64,000 nt of DNA from an uncultured Christensenellaceae bacterium (GTDB lineage Bacteria > Bacillota > Clostridia > Christensenellales > CAG-1252). The notes beneath the pieces are model-generated. The model was not told where the DNA came from. It saw only the letters and a program-made list of their open reading frames with translations, and made no database searches. How positions within the stretch are numbered: position 1 is the first letter of the stretch; each line of letters begins with the position of its first letter. The DNA is taken from NCBI GenBank assembly GCA_964391805.1, contig CAYMNK010000006.1:466-64465 (forward strand), given 5' to 3'. Positions 1-15,000 of this stretch are shown piece after piece. The translations under genes and the position numbers were made by a program.

Positions 1-3000
1 TAATATGCTTCATATTCTATTCCAGCGTCAGAAACATCTGGAACAGTTTTTTCATCAACCCAATAGAATCCCTCATCAAGTTTATTCGTAATATCGCCAA
101 GCGTTATTCCATACTTATAGCTAACATCAAGTTCGATAGTATTATGCGTCTTCGTACCACAACTTGCCTTAGAAATTACCGCTGTTTTGATTGTATTAGT
201 GAAGGTGTAGTTCGACGCAAGGGTGTCATCCAACTTAGCACTTGCAATTAATGAATAGGTGCCTGCGTTTATGAAGGCTACTTCATTCTCTCCAATCTTA
301 TAAGTAACATCCATATCAATCATACCATCATTGATATTCTTATATTGAGCGGTTACCGAGTGAGCAGAACCGGTGTAGGTGTAGGTACCGATTGTCCATT
401 CGACAGATACTTCCTTTGCGGTTACAGTAAGAGTACGCGTCATTTCTCTATTATCACCATTAGAAGCAATAATGACATCATTGCCATTACTATCTTTCGC
501 TGAGAAGGTGTAGTTAGAGTTATCTGCGAAAGTATACCTAATTGTATAAGTACCAACTGATGTACCATTAACATAAACAATCTCAGTATCTCCGTTATAG
601 AGTTTCAATGTGATACCACTCAAAGTTTCACTATTGACTAACTGAACAGACTTAACTATAGATTCGATGTCAAATGCATCACCATAAGTTACACTTGCAT
701 TGTCAATGGTGATGGTTGCTTGAGCTTTACCAATTTCCGCTTCATTGGTTGTATTAGTGAAGGTGTAGTTATATGCAAGGGTGTCATCTAACTTAGCACT
801 TGCCGTTAATGAATAGGTGCCTGCGTTTATGAAGGCTACTTCATTCTCTCCAATCTTATAAGTAACATCCATATCAATCATACCATCATTGATATTCTTA
901 TATTGAGCGGTTACCGAGTGAGCAGAACCGGTGTAGGTGTAGGTACCGATTGTCCATTCGACAGATACTTCCTTAGCGGTTACAGTTATTTTACCCTTAA
1001 CAACATCAGCGTCAAGCTCATAATTCGGGTTAGAAATTGTGAAAGTACCGCTGATATCATAATCACCGATAGCACTTCCCTTCGAATAGGTTGTTGAACC
1101 GGCAACTGTTCCGACTGTATCTGAACCATAAACATTTGATAAGGTTGCATCGTTAAGATTAGGTACATCCGCACCATACGAAATGCTATGACTCGGCATA
1201 GTTACAATAACCTTTCTCTTGTTTACGGTAAGAGTACCGTTGTTTACGCTTACGGTATAATTAGAATTAGAATCACATGTTGCTTTAATGGTATATGTAC
1301 CGGCTTCTATTATGCCTTTTACATACGTAATAGCGTTTTCACCATTATAGAGTTGTAATTGAACATTACTTAACGATTCACCGTTTACTAATCCCGATAT
1401 AGTAGGAGAAACAGTATCAAGGGTAAATTCGTCACCATAAGTTACACTTGCATTGTCAATGGTGATGGTTGCTTGAGCTTTAGAAATTTCCGCTGTTTGG
1501 GTTGTATTAGTGAAGCTGTAGTTCGACGCAAGGGTGTCATTCGACTTATCACTTGCAGTTACAGTATATGCACCTGCATTCTGGAATGCGGTATTATCCT
1601 TATTAGAGTCGGATATACCAAGATATGATACAGACATATAGACAGGACTTCCATCGTAAGCGGTGTATTTAGCTGTTACCGAGTGAGCAGAACCGGTGTA
1701 GGTGTAGGTATCGATTGTCCATTCGACAGATACCTCCTTAGCAGTTACGGTAAGAGTACCGCGTTTCTTAGTTATTGTGTAGTTATCGGTTACATCATTA
1801 CCGGATTTATCCTTAACTGATACGGAAATGATAGATATGGTGTAATCTCCGACTTTGCCGTAAGTTGCATCGCCTTGAACATAACTACAACCATATTCGA
1901 CAGTGGCAGCATCTCCATTTACTAATCCTGTAGGCGTAAAGTCGAATGTAGGCTTAAGACCACCGAAGGAAATACTTTCATCTTTAGCTTTAATGGTTAA
2001 TAACGTTTTAGTTACGCTAAGAGTACCGTTAACATAAGTGATCTCATAGTTAGCGGTTACATCGGTTGAACCAGACTTAATTATTGCGTTATCGGGCACA
2101 ATATCATAGCTACCGACGGTATCACCTGCTATATAATCGCAAGATAGAGTTACTGTTTCTATCGTGTCTTCACTCACTAATCCGTCATACCCAAACGCAA
2201 ACTCGGGTTTAGCGGCCCCGAATGAGATATCCTTGTTATTTGCGGTAATAGTAAGCTCTTTCTTTGCGATAGTCAAAGTCTTAGTAGCGGTTGAATCAAG
2301 TTTATAGTTTGTCACACTACTGTTTAAAGTAGCAACTAAGGTGTAGGTGCCTGCATTTTTGAATTCGTTAACTTTAGCAGCATCGTTTACCTCGGAGCCA
2401 TAGTAGTAAACAATATCTAAGTCGCTATAATTGTTATTTATTAATTGATATTGAGCAGTAATCACTTTGGAACCATTGCTCTTAGATTGATCGGTTCCAT
2501 TGTAGGTAAAGGAACCGTTTATACCACTCCAAATAACAGATACAGACTTCGCCTTTACGGTTAATGTACCGCTATTATTATTTGAATCAACAAGTTTGTA
2601 GTTAGATTTAGCATTAAGTGTATAGGTAATTGTGTAATTACCAACTGAATCACCAGCTTTGTATGTGGTGGTAAAATTACCGATAGAGATCAATAATTCG
2701 CCATTATAGATATTAGTTGCATTACCATCTAATGTAGGTACATCTTCGCCATAGGTCGTTTCCTTATTATTAACCGTTACAGTAATTGCTCTTTGCTTAA
2801 CTGTTAGCGTTCTTGTTACTTCGGTTAATTCATTATTATCCGAATCAACAAGTTTGTAGTTAGAATTAGCGTTAAGAGTATAGGTAATCGTATATTCACT
2901 ACTTGCATCATCACCTTGCTTATAGGTCGAAGAGAATACGCCGACTGAAAGGAGTGTAGCATCCGATTCAAATAATTTGCCATTTGTGATAGATATATCA

Positions 3001-6000
3001 GCATCAGTCAAAGCAGAGTCACCATAACATAATTCGGGATCACTAATAGTAACAGTTATAGAAGCCGCCGCGATGGTTAATTTTTGGGTTGTATTCTCTA
3101 AGGTGTAGTTATTCTTAACGGTTGCACTTGCAGAGTCGCTCCATTTAGCGGTCAAGGTGTAGGTATCGGCATTCTTGAATACCTTGTTGGTTGATACGCT
3201 ACCTTGATATGAAATATCTAAGGTTGCATTCTCATCGGTCGATACGGTTGCAGTTATTCTTCTATTCTGTTCTTGATTCTGTTCTTGACCATTGTAAGTA
3301 TAACCATTTGCATTTATACCATTCCAAACGACGCCCACGCTCTTAGGTGAAATAACGACATTGTCAACAGACAAAGATGCTGTAAAGTTGTAGTTAGATG
3401 CAAGATTATCAGTTGCTTTTACGCTTGCAGTCAATTTGTATGTTCCTGCATTTTTGAATGTAACAATCGAATCATTTTGGTAAGCAGAAACAGTCAGCTC
3501 TATATCAACACCATCATAAGTTCTGTAATGAGCTTTAATACTACTAAACTCAAAGTCTCCATAGGTAAATGACTTAATCTTTTCGCCATCAAATAGACCT
3601 TCCCAAGTGATAGATTCAATCTCTTTTTGGGTTACGGTTACAGTTTTAACTTCGCTTGATGATTCTGTTTCGTCAACATACTTGTATTGGTAACTAATGA
3701 TGTAGTTACTGTTAGCCAATCCACCGGCAGTAATAGATACACCTGTACCCACTGTAGTAGACGAAGCATATGACTCATTTCCGCCATAGGTGTATTGAAC
3801 AGTTCCCAATGAATCGTTACCGAATGCGGTATAAGAATTGGTAACAGTAATAGTCGAACTACCATATACAACAGTTTTAGGTACGGTTATTGTTACCGTT
3901 ATAGGTGCAGGTGCAATGGCTACTTCGGTAGATACGCTTGAGGTTGCGGCGCTTTCGGTAGAAACTCCGCTGACGTAGAATATGTAGTTAGGATATGATG
4001 CGGTTGCTGTATATTTACCGGCATCCTTGATTCCATTAGAAGACTCACTCGATACAGCGTTTCTTCTCGATTTTGCGGTTGATTCGACTACCTTGACATA
4101 AGTAATATTTGCATTTTGCTGATTTTCGCTTACATCGGTAAACGTAGCTCCTACATTTTGATTGAGACCGTTATATTCCAAACCACTATTATTGCTCCAA
4201 GTTAATTCTCTTACAGCGGGATCAACAGTAAGGGTACCATTAGCGGTAGTATCTATTGTGTAGTTAAGAGTTACATCAGTATCACCACGTTTAACTGTTA
4301 CATTATTAGAAACAATTGATATCGTGTATTCTCCGACTTTGCCGTAAATTGCATCACCAACGACGAATTGGGTACCGTTAGACGTTACACAACCGTAGTC
4401 AGATACAGTTATAGAACTATCTATTGAAACAAGTCCGTCATGAGTAAAACCAAAGCTCGGTTCCTCACCAAACTTAGCGGATACGTTAGAAGGTTTAACT
4501 GTCAAATTCTTCGTATTGACAGTAAGGGTTGCAGTTAATTCGAAAATTTCGTCTCCATTAGCAGATGAAACTACTTTGTAATTCTTATTTGCGGTATAGG
4601 TTACCTTAATGTCGTAGTCACCTGCGAAGGTACCAACTGCATATTCGAAAGATTGTGCGTTATCGCCCTTAGTGTAGAGTGTGTGAGTAGGCGCTATATC
4701 GCTATCTAATACTAATCCGCTGATTCCGAATGATTTTTTAATCTTATCGTCTACTTCATTATAATCATCACCATAGGTTACCGATACATTACTAACATTT
4801 AAAACTACCTCTTTGGGGTTAATGGTTACAGTGGCGGTAGAATTGGTAAACGTATAGTTAGGATAAGTTGCGGTTACGGTATATACACCAACATCCTTAA
4901 TGGAAGATACGTCAATAGTTTCATTACTATTATTATAGCTGTACTTGCAAGCGAAGTTCTCTGCTGATAACGTGATTTGTCCGTTTATACCTGTGAAGCT
5001 TGCCGATATTGTCTTAGCACTTCCCTCATAGGTGTACGTGCTGTTACCGTTCCAAGTCAAAGTACGCTCGGCAGGGTTAACAATCAATTTACCTTTAATA
5101 ACGGTTACACTGTAGTTGGCGTTAGACGATACGAAATCTATTTCATATCCGTCAGCATTAGCATCGGATGATGCTGTATAAGCACAAGTAAACTTACCTA
5201 CAGCCTTGATAGAATCATGTAAAGCACCATTTGTAATACTATAGATGTTCTCAATATTCTCATAGGTAGGAACAGAATCACCATAAGTAATGGTGTGAGT
5301 ACCTATTGTGATAGTAATGCTTTCCACAGCGATAGTTATGGAATCATTGACAACTTCCTTATTATCATTAGCGCCTGTGAATGTGTAATTATTGAGTTCA
5401 TCGGCAGTCTTAGCCTTTGCAGTAACAGTGTAGTTGCCTGCGTTTTTGAATAAGGTATCACCACTATTAGAGGTAGATGTGCCAAGATATGATACTTCCA
5501 TATCAACTTTAGTTATACCATCGTAAGCGGTGTATTTAGGCATTACCGATTGAGGGTTACCATTATAGGTGAACGATGTAACGCCCCAGTCAACAGATGT
5601 AGTAAACGGATTTACTATAAGAGTACCGTTGTTTACGCTTACGGTATAATTAGAATCAGGAACATACGTTGCTTTGATGATATATTCACCTGCACCGGTT
5701 GTGCCTTGTTCATAAGTAATCTCAGTATCTCCGTTATAGAGTTTTAGTTGAACATTTCTTAACGACTCGCCGGTTACTAAATCTTTTACAGGACAAGTGA
5801 TATCATTTGTAATATCAAATGCACCACCATAAGGGATTCCTTTACTACCTACTTCGATAGAAACGGGTTTAGCTGTTATCGTTATAGAGAAATGATCATC
5901 GTTAAATCCAACATTCTTATGCTCGGATTTAGAAGATGCGGATATTTCGTACGTACCCACATTCTTGATTTCGGTAACACTTACTCCATCCTTCTTAATA

Positions 6001-9000
6001 GATATAATGGCATCATATACGCTACCTTCATAAGTGTAATTAGCGGTGATGGTTGAATATACAGCGCCATCGTAAACCCAAGTTAAGTTATCGGGTTTAT
6101 TTGTCCAAGTTAAATTAAGAGTGACATTTCCTTTTACTACATATGTACAACTATTAAAGGTGTAGTTGTCTGCAGTAATAGTAAAGTAGTAAGTGCCGGC
6201 TGTAGTGGTTGACTTATCGTAACCACTTGTAACTACCAAATTGATATTTTCCTGAGTATCACCATCACATAAGCCACTAACCGTATAGCCGTAATTAAAC
6301 TCGTTACCCATGACAACTTCGGCATTAGTAAATTCGATAGTTGCTTGAGCCTTATTTATTGTTACAGTTTGAGTTGAGTTAGTAAAGGTGTAGTTAGCGT
6401 ATTCACTTGCGGTTAACTCATAACTATCTGCATTCCTAAATACTTTGCTATCGCCAATAGAGATATTTGCGGTTAACAATTTATCAATAGTCGTAGAACC
6501 CTCCTCGTAAAGTGCATTGGGGAATGTTGCGGTTGGAGTTTGTACTTTTCCGTTATAAGTGTAATCAGTATTCCAGGTTAAAGCTACCGACTTAGCGGAT
6601 ACGGTAAGTTTACCGCTTGAATTAGATTCTACGGTATAGTTAGAATTACCATTAAAAGTAAATACTATGTCATATGAGCCGACATCACTGCCTTTGGTGT
6701 AATTACAAGTTGTAGCACCGATATTGGCGTTATCGTTTCCGTATAAGTCAGTGAGAACTGTTCCGTCTGTATCCTTAATAAGTGTTAAACCCTTAAGCTC
6801 CGCCTCTGTCAAAACAGGAGCACCATAGGTCTTTGTTGCGTTTGCTACGGTTACAGTGATTGCTCTCGTGTTTACGGTAAGAGTACCAACAACTTCGGTT
6901 ATTTCTTCTTTAGCAGCATTCACTAATTTATAGTTAACCTTATCACTATCATTGAGAGTGAACTTTATAGAATATGAACCTGCATTGCTACCTTGTTTAT
7001 ACTCACAAGTTGTTGAACCTACATTATCATTTCCGTATACGCCTGTAATTGTGGTTAAACTAATAAGTTCATCTGCGGTTAAGGATGGAGCGCCATAGGT
7101 CTTCGATGTGCTTCCTACGGTTACGGTGATTTCTTTCCTGTTTACGGTAAGCATACCCTTGGCGTAAGAGGTTACCTTGTAGTTAGAGTTGTTATCGTAG
7201 TCTATAAGGTTAATATCGTAACTACCTGCAGGGTCGCCTTTACTATACGTGCAACTAAATCCATTACCAAGTGTGTCGCTATCGAGCAAGTCGTCACATT
7301 TTACGGTGTATGTAGGAGCATCATCACCATATGTAATTGATATATCATCAACCTTTATGGTGATAGACTTAGGTTCGATTGTAACGCTATTGGTTAGTGT
7401 TACACCGCTAAAGTCGTAGTTGACGGTATCAAGTGCTGTTGCGGTAACGATATAGTTTCCTGCATCTTTAAACGAGGTGGACTTACCGCTAAATGCAATA
7501 TCCATAGTTACATCAGAGCCATTATATGCTTTATGACTTGCGGTGATAGCATTATTCTGTTCACTGCCATCGTATGTATAAGTAATTCCTTCTATTCCGC
7601 TCCAAGTAATATTGGTTACCTTGAATGCACTGACGGTAATAGCACCATCAATATAAGTGATCTTATAGTTACTCTTTACATCGATTTCGCCACGCTTAAT
7701 CGATACTGCACTTTCGTCGATCTTTATAGTATAATTTCCAACCTTACCGGTTTTTGGATTACCTGCTTCATAGCTACATTCATAATAGAAAACTGTTAAG
7801 CAATCTTTATCAAGGTCTATCAATCCGTTAGATGTAAATCCGTACGTTACAGATGTGCCGAAGGAAACTGAATAAAAATTAGCAGTAATAGTCAATGCCT
7901 TTTGTGTTACGTTAAGGGTACCGTTAGTTACGTCTACGGTGTAGTTATTATTAGTCTTATTGAAACCTATTGAATATCCACCGTCTTTGACACTGCTACC
8001 TTTCTCGTAATCGCAGGTAAATGTACCGATATCTCCGATATCATCGTATTTATTACCGCTAATAATACTATAAAGATTTGTAATATTAGCATAATTAAGT
8101 TCATCTGAACCGTATTCTACCGAAAGACTATCTGATATAGATATAGATATTTCCGCACGCTTGACAGTCAACTCATAGGTCATCGATGTCGGGAAGGTGT
8201 AATTGTGGGCATTACTGTCATCGGATTTGATGCTTGCAGTAAATGTATAACTACCGGCATCCTTGATCTTACTGTCGGGATAGGTTACATCTAAATCACC
8301 AAGTTCGGTTCCATTATTATCACAGTATTTAGCGGTTACAGTAAGTCCACTCTTATAATCCGTGCCGTTGTAGGTGTAGTTATCAGCAAAACCTGACCAA
8401 ACAATGCTTACAGTATTATGGTCAGCAGTTACCGTTAGGGTTGCTGTGACTACATTGGTATATTTTTCGTCAACAACATCTGAATTGGTAATCTCATAGT
8501 TAGAATTGATAAGGGTGTATGATATTGTATGACTTCCCGCAGCGGTAACGCCCTTTGTGTAACCACTAAACGAGCCTATACTGCTAATGGTATCACCATT
8601 ATATAGAGTACCAGTGTAATTAATATGAGCAGCATAATTGAATTCGTTACCGTATTCTACGGATAGGTTATCTTTAAACGATACAGCTATAGGTGCCAGT
8701 TTAATGGTTAATTCTTTAGTTTTGTCACCGTTTACATTATAGTTAATATTGGTGTTATCTATTGTCGTGAACGTGTATGTACCTGCATTAGTAAAATCTT
8801 GAGTAACCAGCAACGATACTTTATTATTATTAATGTCGATATAGTATGCCTTAACGGTATCTTTATGGTTTGTTCCGTCATAGGTATAGCCTGATTTTGT
8901 ATATTCCCAAACAATGGGTACCTTTCTTGCGGTTACTATTAATTTGTTATCTATGACATTAACCGAATAATTGGGGTTTGCATTGCTTACGGTTGCACAA

Positions 9001-12000
9001 ATCGGATAGCCATCTGCATTAACGCTACTACCAGCGTTGTAGTCACAATATAACGTGATTGTTCCTACGGATTCGTTATTATAGTTCCCGCTTACATCGT
9101 ATGTGTATTCGGGAACGGGATAGCCAAACATAACAGTTTGTGACTTGACATTAAGATCTACCGATTTCGGAGCAATTTCTACTTTCTTGGGATATGTTTT
9201 GCTCGATTCTAAGAATACGTAGTTACCATCAGTTGATTTGGTTGCTGTAACCTTTAACGTATAATTATTGCCTGCAGCTTTGAAATCCACAAGAGTTTCA
9301 TCATTATATGCAGATACCGATACATACTCAGTAGCGCCTAAATAAGTAGAGTACGATGCAACATTATCTAATGAAATTATGTCACCACGATAAGTGTATT
9401 CACTCAAATTCCAGGTGATTTCTACTTCTCGCGGTGTTACACAGAACATGTATTTATCATCAGTTGGATTAGAATTGAGTATTGTTATATCATAGTTATT
9501 CTTACCATCCTTTTCCGTACATGTTACAGTCAAAATGTATGCACCGACACCTTTACCTTGCTGATATACATCACTGTAATTTGCGGTTATATTCAATTTA
9601 CTCTCATCAGCTTCAAGAACATTGGCATATTCGTTCGTTCCTATACTAATAGAGTTAACTGAAGCACCATAGACAGCGTTTGCACCGACAACGGCAATAG
9701 ACGCCTCACGCTTGGTGACGGTTACTTTGACATCACCGGATTCGGTATTGTACACGAAGACATAGTTGCGATTGCTTAATCCACTTGCCGAAATAGAATA
9801 ATTACCTACATCGCTTGTAGAGGTATGGTCGGACGTTATAGAAAGAGTACCGACTGTATCGCCATCGCAAATGTCGGAAGAATAATCTACGTAGGTATAT
9901 CCGCCTATAGAGTTAAGAGTGTCACCATAAGGCAATGATAATGAGTTGATTGTGATGTTTACCGTCTTGGGGGTGATTTTAACGGTCTTTTGGGTGCTCA
10001 ACTCAAACTTATAGTTATCACTGTAAGAAACAGATAACGTATAAGTATCTACATCTTTGAACAATTCTTTATTTCTATTCTCGTTAGATTGTCCGAGATA
10101 AGATACTGTTAGTGTCTGCTCTTTGCCGAAAACATCTTCAAATGTTGCACTTGCCGATTGTTTTTGACCATTGTAAATATATTTATCAGACACGCTCCAA
10201 GTTACTTCACGAATAATCTTTTTACCAACGGTTACATCACCGCTAACAACCTGCTTACCATCGACAAGAGTTGAGTTACTAATGGTATAGTTTGAACTGT
10301 TAAGTGTATATGTTATAGGATATGATTCATTTGCATTATATCCCTTAGCGTAGTCGTACTCTAAAGTACCGATGCTTAATAAATCGGTTGAGTATAATTT
10401 GCCGTCCGTTACTGCAATAATGCCGTTTACCTTATCAATAGTAGAAATATCGGGTTTGTCTGCGCCGTAGGTTAATTTTTGATTCGTTATAGCTACAGAT
10501 ATAGAAGCAGGGGCAATAATTAGAGTCTTAAACGTATCTCCGATTACTGAATAGTTAGTATCGGTGTTATCGTTTGTCTCAAACTTGTACGTACCTGCAT
10601 TAGTAAAATCTTGAGTAACCAGCAACGATACTTTATTATTATTTATGTCGATATAGTATGCCTTAACGGTATCTTTATGGTTTGTTCCGTCATAGGTATA
10701 GCCTGATTTTGTATATTCCCAAACAATGGGTACCTTTCTTGCGGTTACAGTCAACGTGGATTTATTAACAGTAAAATCGTAGTTTGAATTATCGTAATTA
10801 ACGAAATCGATATCATAAGTTCCCTTGTTCGATCCTACAAAATATGGACAATATAATGTTCCACCAATAGTATCGCCATCTACAAGACCATAAATAGTTT
10901 TATCATACGTAGGTATAGGATCACCGAATTCAATATCGTTAGGCGTTATTACGCTAATAGTAAGTGCTTTACGACCGATTGTGGCGGTGGTGGTTGAATT
11001 CGTGAAGGTGTAATTATCCTTTTCATCTTGTGTATTTGCGGTTGCCGACAAGGTGTAATCGGTTTTTGCATCCCTGAAGGACTCGGGATAAGTGACCGTC
11101 AAAGGTATAGCATCTGTCTTATTATACGGAGTATACGTTGCAGTCGTTCCGCTCTTTTGGTCAGATCCGTTGTAGATATAGGAGTCTAAGTTCCAAACTA
11201 CAGCGACTTCTTGTGTCGTTACCGTTAGAGAACCTTCTTTTACGGTTACAGCGTAGTTAGAATTAGAATCATATGTTGCACCGATATTTGAGTATGTTCC
11301 TACTTTGGTTGAATAAGGTGTATATGTGAAGTTAACAATAGCATGAATGCTTTCACCATCTACAACGCCATCAACCGACAAACCAATGGATATATCGTAA
11401 CCATAGGTGACTTGTGCGTCGTTAGCAACGGTTATGGTTACAGATTTTGGATCAATGGTAGATTCCGATTCGGTACCATCAAGTTCGTAGTTTGTATTGT
11501 AGAACTCATAATCGGCTGCATTGCTGTCAAACGATGCAGTCAAGGTGTAGGTGTCGGCATTTTGGAATGCCGTGTTGGTTGATATCTTTCCTTTATAGGA
11601 AATGGATAGCGATACATCCCCTAATATCTTAGCGGTGATAACATTTTGCACAGTACCATTATAAACGTGATTATTGTTATCGGAATCCTTAAGGCCATCC
11701 CATACTACATTGGTGGGTAGTTTGGATACGGTAAGAGTACCGCGGTTTTGAACGGTTACATCGTAATTGGCATTTTGATTATTTACGTTAAAGACGATAT
11801 CATAGGTCTTTGCCCAACTGTTTTTATTAGTCTTATCGTTCGTGTATGTAACATAATCCGAAGTACATTCACCTAAGTTAGATATAGTATCATTTCCATA
11901 CAACGTTCCCTTGTTCTCGACAAGGTTTGCCGTATATGTAGCAGTTTCACCAAAGGTGATACTCTTATTATCAACCTTAACGGTTACAGGTCTCGGGTTG

Positions 12001-15000
12001 ACGGTAAGGGTTGCCGTAGATGTAATATTGCCATATTCATCGAGATTCGATAAGGTATAGTTGGAATTTACCTCAGAGAAGTGCATATAAATTTTATATC
12101 CGCCCTCTTTAACGCCATAGCCAACTTGATAATCGGTGGTGTAGTTATATGTACCTAACACGTCACCTGATATAATACCTGTTGCGTTAAACGTAAATGA
12201 AGGTGCGTTTTCGCCGTAGGTTGTTTTTTTATTGTGAAGGCTTACGGTAAGCGACTTAGCACCGATTTCTGCAATTATCTCAGTATTCGTATACGAGTAG
12301 TTAGCGTTCGTATTAGTAGCAGTCAACTCATACTTGCCCGCATCCTTGAAGGAGTCGGGATAAACGACTGTCATGGGAACGGAATTACCGTCAACGTCGG
12401 TAAATGTTGCGGTCGTTCCACTCTTTTGGTCCGAACCATTATATGTGTACGCACCTAACGTCCATACAACGGATGCAGTACGAGGGGTAACGTTTATAGT
12501 TATAGTATCTTTAGACTCAGAACCGCCCTCGTACTTATACTTATATTCAAACGTGTAGTTGGAGTTAGAATATCCGCCCGCAACAATAACAACATCCGTA
12601 CCTGCTGAGGTAGATGCATTATAAGACGCATCACCGCCATAGGTATATTGTATATTGCCTATTTTGGTTACGTCTCCCGAATATACCCAATCATACTCGC
12701 TATCTTCGGCGGTTAAGCTCAAGCTATCGCCATATATAACCGATTGAGGTACCGTTACCGTTACAGTTACTTTCTTAGGTTCTATGGTGATTTCTTTACG
12801 AGTTTCTGCGGTAAAGGTGTAGTTATCGTCATAAGATAATGTGACGGTATATGTACCTGCATTTACAAATTCGGAAGCGTCATTTACGGCATTTCTTCTC
12901 GACTTGGTATTCGTATTTAGGGTATAGGCAAGCGTAAGAGTTTGGGTGTCGCCGTTGATATCCTTAAAGGTTGCGCTTACCGAACCTCTTTGACTCTCGC
13001 CGTTATAGGTGAGTTTGCCGTAGTCATTCCAAGCAATATCACTACTAATAGTACGAGGAGTAACGTTTAGAGAACCTTTGCTTATCGAAATATTATAGTT
13101 AGTCGAACCATTTTCATTAGCGGTAAATGATACCGGGTATGTATTGACGGGACTACCAAATTTGTATTCACTTGTGGCAGTACCGATGTTTTCGCCATCG
13201 ATTGCTCCGTTTACAGTGGTTATATCGGAATAATCGAGTTTATTCCAGCCGTACTCAACCGACTTAGTGCCGATAGTGACGGAAGCACCCTTTTTAGCAA
13301 TGCTAATAGTATACTGCTTTTGGGCAGTACTGCTTAAGGTGTAATTGCCGTCGCTAATTTCTACAGCGGTAAGGGTATGGGTACCTGCATTTTTGAGTTC
13401 GATATTTTCTAATAACGATATGTTATTGTTGTCTATATCTTTATAATAACACTTAACCGTGCCGATTTGATCTTTACCGTTGTAGATGTAGGAAGATGAA
13501 CTCTCCCAAACGATGTCTACAGGTCTTGCTGTTACCTTTAAAGTTCCGCCGACTGTGGTAATTTCATAATCGGAATTTTCAATGGTTGCAATGTTTACCG
13601 AATAATCACCAACTTTACTACCAATTGAGTAACTGTGGCTATAGGTAACATTAGTCAATACGTCACCTTTTATGAGTTCGGGGGCGGAATAACTAAACGA
13701 AGCGTAATCTCCGTAATTAACTGAAGAATTATCAACGATAACCGTTATGGGCTTACGGGTTATTGATACACTCTTTTGAGCGTTATTGAAGCTGTAATTG
13801 TCATTATAGGACGCACTAACGGTGTAATCACCAACGTGCTTCAAATCACCGCTAAAGGACAACGTCGCTGTCGGTGTTTCATTTTGGATATCGACAAATT
13901 TTGCCACGATATCGCTCTTACGGCTATTACCGCTATATACATAGGAGGATTCAATCGTCCAAATTAAATCAACATTCTTTGAGTTGACCGTAAGTGTTGC
14001 TCCGACTGTGGTGATTGTGTAATTAGCGTTAACGATATTGGTGATTGATACCGGATATTCGCCCTTGTCGGAACCGACTACGTAGGTGCATTCGTATTCA
14101 ATATCATCTAGTTCGTCACCATTCAAAAGTTCGGGGGCGGAGTAAGTGAAGACAGCCTTTTCACCATATGAAATAGGATTTGCAACCACGCTTACCGTAA
14201 TTGACTTTGTGCTTATTTCAGCCGATTTAGAGGTGGCATTGAATTGGTAGTTGGACGATTTATCATCGTCGGACTTAGCGGAAGCCATGACTGTATACTT
14301 ACCTGCATTTTTGAACAATGTATTATTTTTGTCGCTCACAGACACATATGAAACATCCATATCAACGACTTTACCGTCATACGAACTATATGTCGCAACT
14401 ACCGATTGTACTGAGCCGTTATAGGTGTAAGAACCGATATTCCAATTTACGTTACGGCTAAGTTTATTGACGGTAATGGTTCCGCCTACATAAGAAATTG
14501 TGTAGTCGCTTGAATTTTTAACTTCCGCGTTAAAAATATTCAATGCGTAGTTACCGATATTGTCGCCCACCGAGTAAGCACTGTCGTAATCGATACCGCT
14601 TATACTGTCACCCGATGCCAAGTCGGTGTAGGTATATCCGAGTTGCGACGAAAGAATGTTCGAACCGTAAACAACATCGACGTCTTTTGCCTTTATTGTA
14701 AGCGATTTAGGCAATATTTCAATCGCTCTCGACGTATCGGTTAGAGTGTAGTTATCGTTATCGAAACTTGCTTCTACATTGTATTCGCCTACGTGGATGA
14801 AGTCACCGTCAAAGGATAGGTTGACTTTCTTATAGACGTCGTTATATTGTTTAAATTCTGCGGTTACGGCACTCTTTTGAGATTTGCCGTTGTATGTATA
14901 TGAGGAAGCGATATTCCACTTAACTGCTACCTCAAGAGGGGTAACAGTGAGTGTTCCGCTTATATATTCGATTTCATAGTTGTCACTACTCAAGCCATAT

